Positions 62,329-64,000 of a DNA stretch of 64,000 bases are shown here, piece after piece; the stretch's first letter is position 1; each line of letters begins with the position of its first letter. The position numbers and the translations under genes are program-made. A model generated the notes under the pieces. It was given only the letters and a program-made list of their open reading frames with translations. It was not told the DNA's origin and did not search any database. This DNA is from Acidobacteriota bacterium (lineage in GTDB: Bacteria > Acidobacteriota > Vicinamibacteria > Vicinamibacterales > UBA2999), in the NCBI GenBank assembly GCA_030697165.1, contig JAUYQQ010000016.1, positions 123,638 through 187,637 of the forward strand. The letters run 5' to 3'.

Positions 62329-62909
62329 TCGACCGGCGCCGCAGCGTGGTCGCGGCCATGTGCATTGGCATGGCGTTCGCGCTACCGGTTTCGGCGCAGT
62401 CGCTGGCGGATGTCGCCCGGCAGGAAGTCGCGCGACGCGAGTCGGCGAAGCCGGCGGCGAAGGCGTTCACCAACGCCGACTTGAAAATCGATCCGTTGAG
62501 CACTCCGGCCGCGGTTTCTGAAGGGAGTGCTGCGGAACCGGGCGGCTACATGAGCATCAGCGCCGGCCGCTACGTCACGGCCGCGGAGATCATTGTCAAC
62601 AGCGCCGCCAACCACGTCACCGGCGAAAAGGCCTTGCAGGAGCCGGACTGGCGCCAGCAGGCCGACACTCTTCGCGGGCAGTTAATGAAAGCTCAGCGGG
62701 AGGTTGCGGCGATCGCGGAAACGGCGAACGACGAGAGCCGCTCAGCCGGCGAACGCGCCGTGGCCGCGCGGCTGCTCGCGCAGAGACAGGGGCTTGTCGA
62801 GGACGTCGAACGTCGCTGGCTCAAGATGGAAGAGCAGGCCGAGAAGAACCGAATCCCCCGGGCGTGGCTCGATCCCCGGCCGACACTCTCGACGAAAACT
62901 CCTGAGTAA
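62313..62909 (+). CDS. Secreted hypothetical protein, last gene of the pilin-like operon
   Basis: Signal peptide ...VVAAMCIGMAFALPVSAQS; charged, probably helical C-terminal half; overlaps upstream stop by 16 nt. Confidence 0.4.
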   Translation: MDRAVIDRRRSVVAAMCIGMAFALPVSAQSLADVARQEVARRESAKPAAKAFTNADLKIDPLSTPAAVSEGSAAEPGGYMSISAGRYVTAAEIIVNSAANHVTGEKALQEPDWRQQADTLRGQLMKAQREVAAIAETANDESRSAGERAVAARLLAQRQGLVEDVERRWLKMEEQAEKNRIPRAWLDPRPTLSTKTPE

Positions 62910-63999
62910 AGAGCGCCGGCATGCCGCCGGTGTGCAGGAACACCACCGTCTCGCCGGCCGGCAGCGAACCGTCTCGCACGTGCGCGATGAGCGCCGCCAT
63001 GCCCTTCGCCGTGTAACAGGGATCCAGCAGGATCGCCTCTGACCGGGCCAGCAGGTCGATCGCCTCGAGCCCGCCGCTCGTCGGGATGCCGTAGCCGTCG
63101 CCAATGAACGCCTGATCGGTGGTGAGCTCCGACAGCTCGAGGCGCTCGGGCAGCTCAAGCGTGGCGGCGGCCTCGTTGGCAATGCGCTTTGCGCGTTCAA
63201 TCTTTTCCGGCTCGCCGGCGCTGACGGCGACGCCGTAGACGCGGTACGGTGCCTCACAAAGCCGCGCGCCGAGGGTCAGCCCGGCCTGCGTACCGCGCGA
63301 TCCGCTCGCGTAGTACAAGCGCGACGGCGCGACCGCCATGGCCGCGAGCTGCTCCACCAGTTCCGCGGTGCCGCCGACGTACCCCAACACGCCAATGCCG
63401 CTCGACCCGCCGACCGGGATCACGTACGGCCGGCGTCCGTGCGACTCTTCCTCGGCCACGACCTCGGCAACGACGGCCTCGTCCTGGCCGACCGCCAGCA
63501 TGGGATCGACCGACGGGACCAGGCGAACGGTGGCGCCGTACAGATGGTCGAGCAACAGGTTGCCCTCGAGTGCCGGCACCGGTGTGGCGTCCGGCTTTCT
63601 TGTCTCGCCGAAGCCGTCCTGTGGCGAAGGCGGAAGCCGGACCTTCGCCTCGTCCATCCGCGTCGTGAGCACCAGCACAGAGCGCATGCCGGCCACGCAC
63701 GCCGCCGCGGCGGTCATGCGCGCATGGTTCGATTGCACCGCGCCGGTCGTAATCAGCGTCGTCGCGCCCTGGGCCTGCGCATCGGCGACCAGGTACTCGA
63801 GCTTGCGCGCCTTGTTGCCGCCGAGGCCGAGCGCCGTCAGGTCGTCGCGCTTGATCAGGATGCGCGGGCAGCGTCCTGGCCCGCCGAGCGCCTCGCGCAG
63901 CCGGATGGCGTCGTGGATGGGCGTCGGCAGTTGCGCCAGTGGCAGCCGCGGCTGCCGGGCCAGGGCCGATTGAACACGCCGGACGGCACTCGAGGGCAT
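62821..63999 (-). CDS. PLP-dependent D-cysteine desulfhydrase / ACC deaminase family protein
   Basis: ATG 63999; ...RDDLTALGLGGNKARKLEYLVADA... PLP-lysine motif; ...FLHTGGMPALF... near C-terminus; 3' tail overlaps the convergent gene by 89 nt. Confidence 0.75.
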   Translation of the reverse strand: MPSSAVRRVQSALARQPRLPLAQLPTPIHDAIRLREALGGPGRCPRILIKRDDLTALGLGGNKARKLEYLVADAQAQGATTLITTGAVQSNHARMTAAAACVAGMRSVLVLTTRMDEAKVRLPPSPQDGFGETRKPDATPVPALEGNLLLDHLYGATVRLVPSVDPMLAVGQDEAVVAEVVAEEESHGRRPYVIPVGGSSGIGVLGYVGGTAELVEQLAAMAVAPSRLYYASGSRGTQAGLTLGARLCEAPYRVYGVAVSAGEPEKIERAKRIANEAAATLELPERLELSELTTDQAFIGDGYGIPTSGGLEAIDLLARSEAILLDPCYTAKGMAALIAHVRDGSLPAGETVVFLHTGGMPALFTQEFSSRVSAGDRATPGGFGSSRPALPS

Positions 64000-64000
64000 G

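Overview
High-GC bacterial chromosomal segment (roughly two-thirds G+C by eye, not computed). Gene content suggests an Acidobacteriota-like soil bacterium: CarboxypepD_reg-type TonB receptors, a DUF1800/DUF1501 pair, and many short dispersed repeats. That taxon call is inference only. About 55 protein genes are packed tightly on both strands, and most long antisense ORFs in the track are GC-rich shadow frames. All family names come from motif recognition by eye, with no database search. Content, in order: OM barrel fragment, ThiO-like oxidase, pterin dehydratase, MerR regulator, Phd/VapC toxin-antitoxin pair, a TPR gene remnant, an orphan BMC-H shell gene beside a DSD1/D-threonine-aldolase-like PLP enzyme, a four-gene secreted/DUF1501/DUF1800 operon, GNAT, two multi-CarboxypepD_reg secreted paralogs plus a small Zn-ribbon gene, a possible amine-catabolic cluster (two COG1233 flavoproteins, GcvT-like protein, C-N hydrolase, Rieske oxygenase, hybrid kinase, APC permease), D-lactate-dehydrogenase-like oxidase, ParC-like and (18 kb away) ParE/GyrB-like topoisomerase subunits, GGDEF protein, serine hydrolase, TonB receptor, MATE pump, SBP-PAS kinase, P5C dehydrogenase, DUF5916 OM protein, a minor-pilin operon and a D-cysteine-desulfhydrase-like enzyme. 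The most notable observations are these. (1) A single 2207-codon ORF fuses a complete TamB/AsmA-like protein to a five-POTRA Omp85 barrel. (2) A peroxiredoxin gene is interrupted by an in-frame TGA exactly at the catalytic Cys position, with a downstream hairpin, so it is a candidate selenoprotein. (3) An orphan microcompartment shell gene sits next to an aldehyde-releasing-type PLP enzyme. (4) There are several families of short tandem repeats arranged as 'repeat array plus inverted array' hairpins. They sit at gene ends and starts, and some are inserted in frame inside coding sequences.
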